64,000 bases of DNA from Phoronis australis (lineage: Eukaryota > Animalia > Phoronida), in NCBI GenBank assembly GCA_002633005.1, contig NMRA01000087.1:989080-1053079 (forward strand), given 5' to 3'. Below the pieces are notes generated by a model that had not been told where the DNA came from, did no database searches, and was given only the letters and a program-made list of their open reading frames with translations. Position 1 is the first letter of the stretch. Every line of letters starts with the position of its first letter. Position numbers and translations under genes: made by a program. Positions 11,701 through 26,700 of the stretch are shown one piece after another.

Positions 11701-14700
11701 CAAAGGGATATTTTGCAAATTGTTGTTGATGCCTACAAAAACATGGCATTTTTTTGGCAATGGGCGAGATTGACATCCATGCCTACAAAGCATGCTCAGC
11801 TTGTAGCTAGATCCATTTCTGTATTGTAACAAAATGTAAAACAACCGTTCATATTTACCCATTTGCTGAGACCAGCACATGAACAGGAATTTACATTCAG
11901 CAACAATTTAGGCCCACAAAATTTATTTAAGAAATAAAATAAAGCTCCTTTAATTAACACACAAGTTCAATAGTATTAGTGTTCATACATGCCATACGGT
12001 GATCTACAGTAAAGTTTGAAAAAAAACCCGTCCCCACCAGGGGTTCGAACCCGGGACCGTGCAGTTTTAACTCAGATCACATGATGTGACCAACCTATGG
12101 CGTGTATGAAGACTAATAATTCTTAATTATACCATATCAACGCAACAATTATATTAGCATAACAGCTCTGTTAATCATCTTAACATCTGAAAAAATGTTT
12201 GTTCATCCTCAAGTTAAAAAAATCTGGAGTTCTTAATATCATTTTACATTTTTAAAATATACAAAAATGACTGACACCACCCACAATGGCATCATAGCCA
12301 CACCATTACACAATACCTTCACTTCATCAACAGGTGATACCACTTCACTGTCAGACTCAGCAGCTGTGCGAATGGGGAACACAGTTGAGGCCAGCCCCTG
12401 CAGGAAGTCGACACCCATGCAGAGTGCGGGGAACTCAACGTGGTTGTGATACAGGAAAATGAAGAACTGGGAGAGAGTGATGGGATACTCACGAAGCCAT
12501 GAGCCCTCACTCTCCGTCTGCCACGGCTGTGAAAAAGAAACGGGTCCTGTTTAGGGGCATGTTCCGCAGTAATCAAATCAAGAATGAACATTTAGTAACA
12601 GAAATGTCGAACCTCGATACCTGTGAATTTAATTCAAAATCCCAACAAGACCTAAATTTCATAAGAAACAGGTATAACATGGTTTTCATTTTGCACTCAA
12701 CACTCCAGGGATAGATAAGCTAAGCCATACAACAAGAAGACAAAACAATATTGGTTCATATTGCTGTAACATGCCACTACGTTGCTGACAAAAAATGATA
12801 ATTCATAAAATAATGACGATTGCTCAACTGAAAGCAACAGAACTCCAATTTCACCAACCTCCAATAAAAGAAGAAAAAATATCCACTTCATAAAGTCAAA
12901 AGCAAACCCCTATGCTGTTTCAATAAGAAGTAGAAGCACATTGATAAGTGGCCATGCCCAACTGGGGTCACTGGCTCCACACAACCAATCACCAATGTTT
13001 CCCAATTTAACTGACAGGTAATAACGTTGTGCCTTTACACTCACCTGGTTCAACATGAACCGCACCATGGCCAGTATAACGTTGGCTGCCTCAGGACACA
13101 ACTCAGTCTTGGCTGCCTTCCTGATATTCACCGGCTGACTGGCTGGTACGCCAAAGATGAAAGTCCACACAGAATCCAAATCAAACTGGAACACATTACA
13201 AGTGACTTAGTATCAGACAGAAGACAGACATTTTAGAGGAAAAGCTAAATGTTATTGATAGAATGCATGTTCAAACAACCACAAAATTTGAGAATTTTTT
13301 TTTACAAGCCAAACATCAGATGAAGCCGAACAACTACAGTGTGAGTTAAGGCATAACAATATCATTTCTGAAATGTTCTACCGATTACAAGAAGCTATGT
13401 ACACTGTCTGGTGTGCTAATTCTAAACCACACAGAGCCTTCATAGGACCAGCCTTCTCACCTGGACGTCCTTAGGTGTAGCCTTGACCTGTTGCCCTAGT
13501 AACAAGGCCATGAGAAAGAAGTACAACTCAGGTACGTGGGCATGTTTGGCCAAGAGCCACTGGAGAGCAGTAAAGCCCGGTAGGTGGCACACCTCCTCGT
13601 TGATCTCTCTGTTGTGATTCCTGGTGCTACTCTCACTCTTGATGGTATCTGAAACGCATAATTTGACATAAAATTTTAAATTCAGCTATTCATTAACTTT
13701 GACTTAAAACTTAAAACCTGGAACAAAATTACACAATCTGAAGGATTTGTATCTCTGCAGTCTTACATCATCATCGTTTTCATTGCAGCCATTTTGAATT
13801 TCTAATTCAGCCATCATAAACCTGGAAGAATCAGATACTTGACTGTCCAGAAACTGACTGGATCTCAATTACACAGACAGCATATTGGTGTACACACAGG
13901 GTCTTGTGACAATGCCTTTATCTATTCCACATAAAAAAGTAAAGTGTCACCTCGCCTGTCAAACACTCAAGCTTACCCAGTAAGATGCCCACTCTGTCTT
14001 GTAGCACTGCATCCGTCTGCTCAAGCCAGCCACTGCAACTGGCGCCCTCTCTGAACTTGGCCATAGTGGCCGGGTGACCCAGCATAGCGAGAATGATGCG
14101 CATGGACAGCACCACCGAGGAAGAGTGCAGGTGTTCTTGGAGGAACAGCATCAGCCAATCAAATCCGAGGACGCGCTGGATCTCCTCCGAAATGCTGAGC
14201 AAGAAAATGACAACTCGTTGAAACTAATAGTGAACAAGACAACGTTAAGATAGCAATCCTACATCTAAAAGTTCACAAGGTGCACACAGTGGGCTGGGTG
14301 CACTTCCAAAGGACACTGTAACACACAAAAATCTATTCCATTCAACAGTGATAAAATTATATGACGTACAACAAATTGGCTAGACTAAAGATTTATATGT
14401 GACTGCTTACTGTTGGTTGACTGTGTTGTTCTGGTTGTACAACAGTTTCAGCAAGATGTCTAGACAGATGTTACGGATCTTCACCTTCCGTGCTGACACC
14501 TGGAGGTCACTAACAGCATCACCTAAAAGACAAATCACCCGATATAACAACAACTGCACAAAATCAGGTGACGTGTTATTTGAGAGTGTGCATGAGTAAA
14601 CAAGAGATTTTGCTCAGGAAAAGTTTTCATTTTACTTAAATCTAAACTCTATTTTTTATTGAAAACCAAGAATTTTTTTTCCTTTAAGTGTCTTCAACCC

Positions 14701-17700
14701 CAGTTTGTAACATGCCAAAAACATTAAGAGACAACTTGAATCTACAAAAATATATAATCCAAAACCTTTTCACTGAAATTTAGAAAATTCGGTTTATTCA
14801 TAACATATTTAAAACGTTTATGTCCTGCCCAGACATGCCCAGGTAGTGACAACCGTAATTGAAGTGAAATTTCACGAGGTACCATGTACGGACACAAGAG
14901 GGCGCTAATCACACAAAGTGAGAGGTTTACTAACCTGTTTCCAGGACAGTTCTACTGTTGTCCAGAGCAAGACCATGCTCACTACCAGATAGGGTGGGCA
15001 GAGTGGACACAATGAACTGACCAAACCTGACAGAAACAAAAACACCTCATGTAACAGAAAAATATACTTCTCTCAACCAAAAATGACTACATAACATGTT
15101 TGAATTTTTTTACTGGAAATTGCAGATGAAACTTAGCAAATGTGTGAATTGCTGTTTCACCTGGAATCTTCATCATGCAATCAACTTAAATAAAAGTTCC
15201 TCTTTCTCTAACTCTCTCTCACATGGTGCAATTTTATTGGCCACCCCTGTTTACACGTCCCTTAACTATTTACCAGACTCCCCTTTTCCCACAATGGAAC
15301 ACTGCCATATTGAAACAAACAACTAACGTTGTAGTCACTAACAGCCTCACTCCTTATACCACCCCCACATACTTTAATAGACTCTCTCTTTCTCTCTTTA
15401 CTACCCCTCTCAACTTACTTCAATAGACTGTCCTGTTCTGGCACCCCTTGCAGCAGTACCATCAACAGTGCTGCCACTGCCGTTGTCGACGCCTGCGACA
15501 GTCCATCGTCTTGTAACACATGCAGCAGTTTGTCCACAAGTCCAGCCTGCCGCATCAAACGGTGGTTCTGTTGCTGCTCACTAGACTCCGTCAGCAACTC
15601 ATGGAAGTGCTCGTAAAGTGACTTCTGTAGGTCACCCGGGGCATCGTGCCACACCTACAGAATGGGAAGGTTGGTTGAAGACAGTGAGGTGATAGAAGAG
15701 CAGGACCACCCCTATTAATATAGGTTGCCTCTCTACTGAGGCCATCTTAACAAGCAAAAGTCATTTAAAATATTAAATTTTTAGATACAAATACTCAATA
15801 CCTTGAGCAATACCTATATAGGTCTCACAATGTTCTGAGATTTTGGCCAGGAAAAAATATTTATCTTGACTTCACAAGACAACAAATGCAAGCACTTCCA
15901 GTAGGTCACAACAGTTTCTACTTGACTAAAAAGACAGTAGTGACACCTTTTGAGGACCCCTTCCATGGATTCACTCATACTTCCTACTAGATTCACAACA
16001 CATTTACTTTCCTAATCCCTCAAAAAGCATCCACGTTAGTTATGCACCAAGAAAATCTCCCATCACAGCTTGCTTCACAATTACAACCCTACCACCAACC
16101 TCCAGATCACAAAGCAGATCTTCAAATGCCATCCTGTTCGGTATACAGGAACTCTCTCTTCCACTGTCCACTGTTCCAACCAATGAGAAAGTCAGGTGCA
16201 GGATGTGGCTATTCAACAGGTGGCGCTTCTTCTTGTACAGCATGCCCAATGACTGCAAGATTATGTCATGCGAGCAACACAGTATTAATAGAACAACAAT
16301 GCATGTTATATCCTGAGATGTGTTCATCTATCACAGTCATCATAACCATGATGATACTTTACTGATATTCATAGAAAATTGAGTGGCCAACAAATTGTCT
16401 ACCGGAATTGACTTACAGCAACACTGTAGACTCATCCACTAACAACTTTACACAATATACTTCCGTTTATAACGTCAAAAATAAAAACAAAATTCAGAAT
16501 AAAAATCTGATACGCAATAAGGCATTTGATAAGAGAAGTAACAACAAAATAAGACGAGACACACTTGTTTTAATATTTCTTCAAAACTGACCTGATAGCC
16601 ACGCGTCCGGTCCATCTCCCGGCATGCTGTGTCAGTACTCCTCACCACACACACGAGAGCCTTGACCGCTGCATACAGACCTTCCACGTCAGTCGCCATG
16701 GCAATGAGCCCCAGCATGGCTGATGTTCCCCCTACACTGTCTAACATAAGTGCCACCGGTTTGGGGTTGAATGTGCGTATCCCCAGATAACCGATCAGCA
16801 CAGCACCGAGTGAGCGGGCAGGACCACTGAGATGACCAGCAGAGTTATGAAGTATGCGAATAGGGGTAGCATTCTCATGAAGTGACATGGACAGCTGAGG
16901 AGGAAATCAATTCAATAATGAGAGAACTTTCAAAAGCTAATTAAATGGATAGTTCCCACAGGTCAATCCAGCTATTGATTTCAGCTTACCAGGCCGCAGG
17001 AAAATGAAAACACAAAAATCATCATCTTGCCCCATAAAGATCCATTGCAAAGAAACCAGAGATGGTTTTTCAATAAGCCTTGGACATGTCAAGTGTAGTT
17101 CAATGATTTACAGAGAACAACCAGGGAAAAATGCTTGCAGGATGTAAAAACATGTGCTAAACCTCACAGTCGGCCGCTGGAATATATATAAAAAACAAGC
17201 TCAAAATGATTTTAATTTTTCTTCATAACATTTTGCAAAACTTTCTTTTCCAGTATCTGATAGAAATTAGACCAACAAATCAATATATAACAATGTAACA
17301 CATACATGGGTGACAACACACATAAATTACAGGAATATGACCTCGCCAACAACCCAACAATCACACTTAATTACAACACCAGACCAACATAACTTTGTGC
17401 TGTCTAATTGCGTGAAAATAGTTTTTCCTCATCATTAAGTGCTATGGAATAGTTTATCAGAGATCCTAACATTGAGACAGAATTCAAATTGGAGTGCAAG
17501 CAACTTAACTGGCAACTGCGGTGCCTAGCTACCTGTCCCAACATGAATCTCAGTTGACATAAAAGGGAGAGTAATCTAGGATTGAACTCAAAGACCAAGA
17601 TTCGTGGACAAACCCCCGTGTGTTACAGTTAATATTCCTCTGTCCCCTTTGTGACTGTCTGAATCTGTGTGCTAACAATTTCAATAAAACATCATCGCGA

Positions 17701-20700
17701 ACACATCAAAATGAATCTGTTGTAACCAAATCTGCTTTGCACCAAATCTGCTTTGCGCTTATGGGACTTAGCAACAGTAACTATGGGAACTATCCATTAT
17801 ACAAGCTATGCAATAACACAATAACTGTTTACTAACAGATACTTCAGCAACTGCTGCCTCACTCATTTCATAAACACATAAAACAAAGTGTTTGAAGGAA
17901 CAAATGAGTTTATACTATATTGAGAATAAGACTTGTATGCTGGACTGAATATTTATGTATTCCTATAGTACATATTTAGTCCAACAGACAAGTCCTTCTC
18001 TCACTATAGTATGAAGTTTCTCTGTAGCTCAAGGCCTACATTTTGTTAACAAAAATGTTTAGGATTTGAATAAGTTTACGACATTAGTTGACACAAATTT
18101 TTTTAATAATTTTTACGACTGTGAGGAGAATACGCTGCCTGCAAACTATGATATGAATGGATGCTGCCATCTATGTGTCACAATTCCAGAAGTTAATTGT
18201 TCTGAAAAGTTTGAATGACAAAAATAACACTTAAACAGAAGAAATCTTTGCCTAAATTCACTTTTGTCTAAATTGTACACTTAGACACATTTTGGGCCCA
18301 AAAACCTCCCAGGTAAGGCCAAAATATCCCAGAAAGGGTCAAACATTGCTGGAACAGCACACCCTCATGCAAAATTGAGTTGAGTACTCCTCAAGGGATT
18401 GGTATCTATTGCATGTTTTAGACAATCATTCCTAGGTCTTTACCTGTCTGGCAATGGCCTTGCTGTCTAACTTGTTGTAAATCTTTTTGATCTTGGCTAT
18501 GGACATCAGGGAGAGTGAGTGAGCGTGTATACCAAAGATGATCTTCTCCTCATTAATCAGTGGTTCAGACACCTTACCATCCTCTGTATAAAACACAAAG
18601 GTACAGGACTACATATCGAAGTAATCTTAAACAAACGAGAATGTAAAGCAAACTCCTGTTAGGGGTGTAAGAGTTTAATTCTTTTGACGAACAGTAGTAC
18701 AGTAGTAAAGCACTTACAGAAAACAATGTTTCCACAAATCTTCCTAGAAACAGACTGAAGTTTCAACATACAAAACTGTTCTAAGACCAACTCTCTCCAT
18801 GGCAAAAATGAAAACCTCAAAATCACCAGACACACAACAAGATCGTATCGTAACATTTTGTGGCAAGAGTTCGCACTGACAGCGCAACAGTAACAGCAAA
18901 AATTCCAGTTCATAATGACATACCCAAGAGAGGGGCCTGAAAGCTGCCTACGTAGTTGGGCCCTAAGTTGTAGAGTGCCTCAACAGTCGCAGATGATACG
19001 ATATCTTCAAACAGGTGACACGGACCTTGCTTCCATGTGAGGCTAGAGGCCTTGCGCAGGGCGGGGAGGGTGCCGATGCAGGCGTACACAGAGGTGACAG
19101 ACTGGGCTGTCGCCGAACCACCGGATCCAATGTTGGGGGAGATGTAGTGAAGCTGGAGGGAAGGAAGTCATTGAAATACTTAACACTCCACAATACAACT
19201 TTTAACAATGCTTAGCTCAAAGATAAAGCAGCAGTACGCAACAAGTGGGACAGAAAACAATTATAATTAGAATATAACCTTTCTAGACAGAAACCAAAAT
19301 TTGAGTGCTTACACGGTTCCCCACAAATCCAAACTTATAAACACAAGAGACAGCATTTTCATTTTTTTACAAGCTGAAATGCATTTCCTTTTCAAGTATC
19401 TTAAATTTGCATTTCATTTTACACATGGAACAGCTCTTCTTTTTGTACTGAGTCATGTTCACTGATCTACATCTCAATGAAGACACAGAATTGTATCAAG
19501 ATGTTCTACCTTGAGAGTCTGCACATGCATGCCGTCAACGTAGAGGCTAACGCTGCTGTTTTTCATTATACCAGCCCGATGCAGCACAACCACTAAGTGG
19601 TGCCACTGTCCTTCCTGCGTCAGCTCCGGGCACCAGATGCGCACAGTACCATCGTTGAAGAGAGGCTCATACTCCACTGCCTCCACAGTACCACCTGGCA
19701 AAGAATGGATGGATATCTCAGTAATACAGCATTGAAAACAACAAAGAATGATTACTGCAGCCATTCTGGCTTTGGTTAATCCTCAGGCCATTGAAACAGA
19801 GAAACAGTGACCATTCAACCCAACGTAGCAAAATGGGATCATTAAAAAGTGGAAATTTTAAAAACTCATGACAGTATAGATTTATCTCAACATGGGTGCT
19901 AACCTGTAAATATATTTTTTGCTCCAATAATTATCACTATTATAACTTCAAAGCGTTAAATGGATAAATTAGGAATTTCATTATAACATAATGTAAAATG
20001 CAGGAGTAAGGGTTATTTATATCCACTATCATAGAGTATTCCTAAAAATTTTCAGGAAACTGTACAAAGTACAACATGTGGAAAATGTTAAACTATCTCC
20101 AGTCAAAACTTACACAACAGACTATAGACTTAGTGTTGTTTGTTGCACAGTTTTGTACAGACATTCTCATTCAAGAAAGGCTGTAGCCAGGGCTGTGACC
20201 TGATAATCTAGGGTGCATTCCGTAGAGACAAAACACTCACCAAGAGAAATCTTCATTTATTGAATACCATGACATATTTAACATTCCTATGCCACTTACC
20301 AATTGCTTCAGAGCCCATGCTTATTCTTCAGAGACTAGTAAAAGAAATGACCAACCAAAATGTGACAATGTTAATAAGCTAGAGGTTGGTGTAAATAGAC
20401 TAATAGACTTTAGAAACTGTGATTTTGGTGTTGTCTTGCGGATCTTGATTTTTCTCAAGTTTCTCCCATTTAGTCAATGCACCCTTACATTACCTGACAA
20501 GCATTACCTGTATTTGGTATCTGCGTCTCTTGTGTTGAGATGTTGAGTGACTTGTCACGCGGGTTCAACAGGACACTAAGACAGGTAAGATTCTCGTCGT
20601 GACCCTGTAGGTTGCGGATGATGGAGAGGAGTCGGGCGGGGTGTGAATCAGTAGGGGTGCTCTGGCTGAACTTGTCGATACACAGCCAAGAGGAGAACGT

Positions 20701-23700
20701 GAGACCAGACTGGGGCGGAAACAGACGCTCACCTGCCAGATAACAATCAACAGTAAATGGTGATAAAACTCCAATGTTTACAGGAAATGATCGTCCCCAG
20801 TAAGCAAGTAAGTTGCATTTCTTCACATCTACACTTCATGCATCCTGTGTAACAGTATATAAATTGGAGAAGCTCCTTTATTTTCACCAGTTAAGAGACA
20901 TCACTAAAATATGAACATTACAGTCCTGTATGTATCTGCATTACTACGGCAATTCATTAAAAGTGAAGTACAATTTCCTTCAACTGGGGAGGCCATTTTG
21001 CTGGTGCACAACCAGAAATTCAAAAAAAATATCCTGAAACCTCCATGTTTGATTCTGGTTATTTTGAAAACATTGGCAAACATGTTGTAAGAGGATCGTT
21101 TGGGAATACATATGAGGTCAAATTCCTTTTATTGGAATAAAGAAGAGAGTATCTTTAAGTCCTTTATTGCACAAAAACTTGTCCCAATCAATCATTCACG
21201 TTAAGTGTCATGACAAAATACACACGTTTTACTGCAGATGACAAACTTGATGCATAGTAGGTTTGCAAAACCTTCCAAATGAGTTTCTACATATCACTTA
21301 ATATTTGAAACAGAAATCCTTTCTAACTAGAACTTCTTAAGACCTATCTCAACATTAAATAATTTGTCAATTTTGATTAATATGACAAAAATATCCACCA
21401 GTGAAACTTAAGCATGACTTACTTACCTACTGAAATAAAAAAGTAAGTTATCATTTGAAATAAAAACAAAGATATCAAACGATAGCACAAACCTGTTCCA
21501 ATGCCTCCTACGACAGCACTATCCGAACTTCCCACCATGCCAACGCCAACAACAGAGGGTGCTGGAGGCCCCTGCGGTGCAATGCTCGGCAGGTAGAGAC
21601 AACCAAACCCCTCAATGGCCATGTCAAACTCCACAAACGCTGGTGTGACCGAGGCACCATGGAGACGCACATCTCTGGGGGTCGTCATGGAGACAAGACA
21701 CTTGACACGAGTGAGGGGCACAGCGCCACCATTAGTCTTAGGTATCTTCAGGCCGGAGTCTGTTCTCGGAATAGCACTACTAGTACCACTGTTGCATGAC
21801 CACGATTGTGTAGACTCAATTTCCTCTTCTATGGCACTGCAGCTGAGTGGGGTATTTAGGCGCAGAAAATCTCTGTAACCAGAAAATTCATTTGGAGTAC
21901 AAATGGCTTTACATTTCGCATTCAAATTTCCCGCTCGTAAACTGAAAAAAAAGTTTATGGAATAAATACCTCAGTACTACTTTCTCAAAGCAACTATAAA
22001 TAAAATTAATTGGATAATGTAACAAGAGTCATAAACAGCAGTAAATAAAAGAATATTAAATCATTAACAGATGAACTGTTTCCAATTCAGTACCTTAAAT
22101 CTTTTGATGTGAGTGACTGTGCAGCTAAACGTTCAAATATATACTGCAGGGGTGGATGTAGTGGATGAGTCTCGTCCTCTAGCGCCACCTTGCAGCGTGT
22201 TAGCAACTCATGTGGAAGCCCAGCTTCACACATCACCTGCTGGTTTCTCTCCGTCTTCATGATGGTCTTGAGCACTTTGGCTATGCAGTACTGCAGATCA
22301 AGCTCCATCTGGTGAGAGAAACAAAACTTTGTCGAGTTAGCTGAATAGCAAGTTTCGCTTGGTGTTTCACAATAAAACACAAGAGAAATGTAGATATGTT
22401 TTTGTCCTCACTAAATCCTCAAGTACTGAGTGTTATACTATCGCACTATTTTTTATATCCCATTCAATAAAATGAGATTTTGCAAACATTCAAGTCGACA
22501 AGCAGCTATACACATGTATTAAACATTTGTGTGGTAGTACTGAACCTGCAAAAGCCATATTCCACCTGTCAATATCAACTTCATCTTCAGAATCCATGAA
22601 CCTGAAGTTTAAGAACAAAATAAACATCTAAAGTAAAATTTCACTGACTTGTGAATTTCTCTGGCAGACTATGCCTGGCATCAGGTGAAACATGGATACG
22701 AGTGCCCCCGAGTGGACGACAATGGCAGGCGGCGATTGGTGCATGTCCTTCATGTTGATGCTGCCCATACTGGCGCGTTTGTTGACCGGGGAGCCACGGC
22801 TTGACTCGGGTAGCTCAAAGACAGAGGTCATCCGTTTGAGATGAGGTGAGTCAGTGCCATGCTTGGAGAACTTGCTGTGAACAGAGAAGATGGAATTCAG
22901 AAAATGGCGACAATAACTACATGTGCAGTATAAGAGTGAAATATGACATAACTGCTTAGGGCTGTTCCAGCAAAATCTGTGTGGGAGGGGGGGAAGGCAA
23001 CTGAAATAAAATTTATGGGTGGTTGCGTTTGATTTAAATTCAAAATGGCTGGTGGTCGTACTTCAAAAAAATAAAAATTACAGGTCGTTGCTGTTTCATT
23101 GGGCCATAAATGTTTGATGGTGGGTAATTTTAGTAAATTTTATAAACAATCTGCACAGAATCAAAAACTGAAACAAAAATGCAACTTGCAAAAAGCTCCG
23201 ACTTTTTCACTCCCTTCGATCTCCTCATCGGCATCCCCATAACACCATTTAACCACAGGTGCTCGAATTTCTCGATGGCTAATAACCATATATAAGAAAC
23301 ATATGTTTTCTTAGTAATGAATGATGTTAGTGGTTATGGAGGAACAGATAAACTCAAGCGCCTGTGCAGTCAACCACAAGAACAAAAAAAAATTATGGGT
23401 GGTTGCATTTCAAACTTATAAAAAATTACGGGTGGTAGGCTGAAGAAATAAATGAAAAAAGGTGCCTTCCCCCCCTCCCATACAGATTTTACTGGAACAG
23501 CCCTTACAGAATACCACAGAAACCCCTATGAGTGATACCATGAACAATCCACTCCAAAATGAGCCGACAAAAAACACAGTACACTACTAATTCCTCAAGT
23601 TTGCTGCACTAGAATTTTAGTGGCAAAATTTCGACTCTGCACTTACTTACAGTTCATACGACACAGTTTTCATCATTTCATTCAGTCCAGGACTGTTGGC

Positions 23701-26700
23701 AGATGACATGCTCATACAGACACCTAGTACCACGGAATTACGTAATAACCAACTGTTGAATGCCCAGAATTAATTAATGGGTGTGGATCTGTCTAATGAC
23801 TTGTTATTAACTACATTATGCACTACACAGTGACAGAGTCAGTGATGATCATTACTCATATTCCATATAACCGACAATGTGAAAGGGGATGAGAAGTCTT
23901 TCCAAATACAAGTTTAATTTTGATTTCTGTGTTCGACTAGTGATCAGGATGGCTCAGTGGACTAGTAGAGTACATGTGTGGACTGCAGAAGTCCTGGGTT
24001 CGAGCCCTGGTCAGGACAGAAACATTTTTAAGACTTGTAATTACCATGCCACATGATGTAACCATATAAGGATCTGCAGGTTATCTATACATACACTTGC
24101 TATGAAAATGAAGTAATGACAGAATGTTTCAAACAAACCAGGATGCACTATTGGACGTTATAGTTTTTGAACTTGTTCATCAATCTTATCAAAGGTCAAA
24201 GGTTGTGGCTATGATACCATCAACAAACTTACAAGTCATAGTTATCGAGTGCCATGTCGTACAAGAACCGCAGCATGAGACAGGCTGACAACAGCTCCTT
24301 GGGAATGTCTTTTTTGATGCGGTGCTCTTTAGCGTGGTGAAAAAAATCGGTGAAGACCGGGTCCTCCGAGACGGTCAGCTGACTAGAGGGAGGCTGTACT
24401 TCGTCATGAGTGGAAAAACAACCGAGTAGACGGACAGCATCTGTCAGACTGGCGTAGTGGACCTGAGTGGACAGAGGACAGTTAATGCGTTTATATTGTA
24501 AATCATTCAATTGTTCTCACGTCACATTTAGAAAGTAATTTGAGCTGACTATTTAAGTTTAAAGAAATGCTCGAGTGAAAAATTGTGAAACATAATTTTG
24601 ATGAAACTTGCACACAAGGACCAGCTAACAGGTGCTTTTTCAGTCACGTAACATATCTTCACCAAATTTTCCCTCTTTTGAGCCAGCTGAAGTGTGCTGA
24701 AGAGCATAATTACCCTCTTTTACACATTAACAGCATGCCTTGAAATATTGTATTGTCTGAAAGCAGACATTCTGAAATGGAGACAAAGAGTTCCACAAAC
24801 TTACGTCTGTCGCGAAGAACTTTGCATTGGCAGGCTCATACCTCATGGCCACAGTCAGGGTACTGAACACTGTTTTCAGTAAAGACACAATATGCCTCCT
24901 ATCCACTACAAAAACAATGATGAGAATCTTAGGCTCAGGTTTAAATCTCGGAACTTGAACTTCAAATTATTGTTTGATTTCTTTTCTAATACAACGCGAA
25001 TTTAAGATGGGTTGTGTGATTGTGTGCTCGAGTACAACATGACTTGCCTGGAGGTATCTCTCATTCTAATTTGCACTAGATGACCCAAGCATTTTAAAGT
25101 CTGAATTTGAAATGTAAGGTTTGAACTAAAGTTTTTAGCTCAACTCTAGGTATCACTAAGTGTAAACTTGGACAAGAAAAACATCTGTGTAAAATTAATC
25201 ATAATACACTCAAGCACACTATCATAAGCATTTATCTTGAATTCGTAGAAAAGTAGAAACGAAAATGTCAAAAGTAATTTTGAGTATGAGTAACTCTAGC
25301 ATAGGTTTGTTTCCCATCTAAGCAGAAAAAGATGAGTTTACTAATCTCAACCTGGCTGCATAAAAGTTACCAACTGTGTGACATCAACACAGTCACACTA
25401 CCCTACATCATCTGGATGTCAGGCACGTAAATGTATTTGGAGGATAAGACTGAAGTTTAATGATAATACTTTCAATGACATGAATTGAACACTCTTACAA
25501 GGGTTATGAAAAAAATGACAATAAGAACAAGATGGTCAAAGAATACTTTCACAAACACAGTACATAGCCACAAAACAATGTTCCACAGTCACCTACCTGT
25601 ATCCCATGGTGCTTTGGGAGGTTCAGCCAAACAGCCTTCCATAGATACTAATACTGACATAACATACACAAAGCCGCCAGTTTTTCTGAATACAGTCCGT
25701 GTTTTGTGGCTTTCCCGCAGAATATTCAACAGTGCCTAGAATAAAAGGATGAAATAAAACAAGAACTTTTTTGAACACACACTCACGTCATTCAGCAGGG
25801 TCCACACGTATACGCATGACATTCACCAGCTTCAGTTACACAGCAACTGATGACTTAAAAAGGTAGCAAGGAAAGATAACATCTACAATTCCACAACTGA
25901 GTAGAAGGAAATATATTTCTCAATTGCATCAGATTCCAAGTCCTTAAGATACCAAAGATTGAGCATTGCCTTATGGTTTACTTTGGAGAAATGATGTAAG
26001 AACGAGTATGCTGTGAAGGCACTGAATAGTGTACGACAACAAAACAAATTGCTAAAATATCTTTAAAACTTGCAATAACAATATCCTTCTAAACACAGTC
26101 AAGACAAATTAAACGCAGAGAGCATACAGAAATTTGATCATAATACCAAAACTTCTTGAGTGAATAGTTGAATCCTTACCATGGACAGCAAGATTCATTT
26201 ATAAGGTCTTTAAAATCTATAAAGTATCAATCGATCACCGTTCTGTCAAAGAAACTTTGTTTTGATTTAAACCACTTACCTTTATAAAATTTGTCTCAAC
26301 GCCTTACTCAGATCAGAAGTGATTTTTGGTCTTGCAAAGAACTGGTGGTTTATTATTACTCAAGATCATACTTGGCCAATAACATGTTACGCCGTCACAA
26401 CTTAACTTGTAGAGCTTGGTCTCGAGAAATAAAAAATTGTCAGTTATTTCCAAGCTCAGACATCACACCAAGGAAAAGTTTGAGGCCACTGAGCTATAAA
26501 GTCAAATGTAGGACAATTTTACAGTTCACTGCAGTCAGACTGTATGCTGAATGGTCTAAATTGAAAATTGGACTGTGTGACACCAGGCAGGTTTATAGCC
26601 ACTTTGAAAGATAACGTCATAAACAGCACATCCTTGACAAGTCCTACACCAAGTCCAACAAACTCAATGTATGACAGTTGTCATACCTTCAGTATCTGCT

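Noticed and set aside
13800-13830. Possible micro-exon supplying a GFNV-like peptide between exons 28 and 29
   Set aside because: The acceptor-like site gives Gly-Leu-stop, and exons 28 and 29 already join in frame.
20494-20508. Second donor (CAG|GTAATG) 14 nt downstream of the exon 19 donor
   Set aside because: Use would shift the frame; no supporting evidence, likely a short local duplication.
23942-24030. Possible functional tRNA gene
   Set aside because: A and B boxes present but anticodon and T/acceptor stems do not form a proper cloverleaf.
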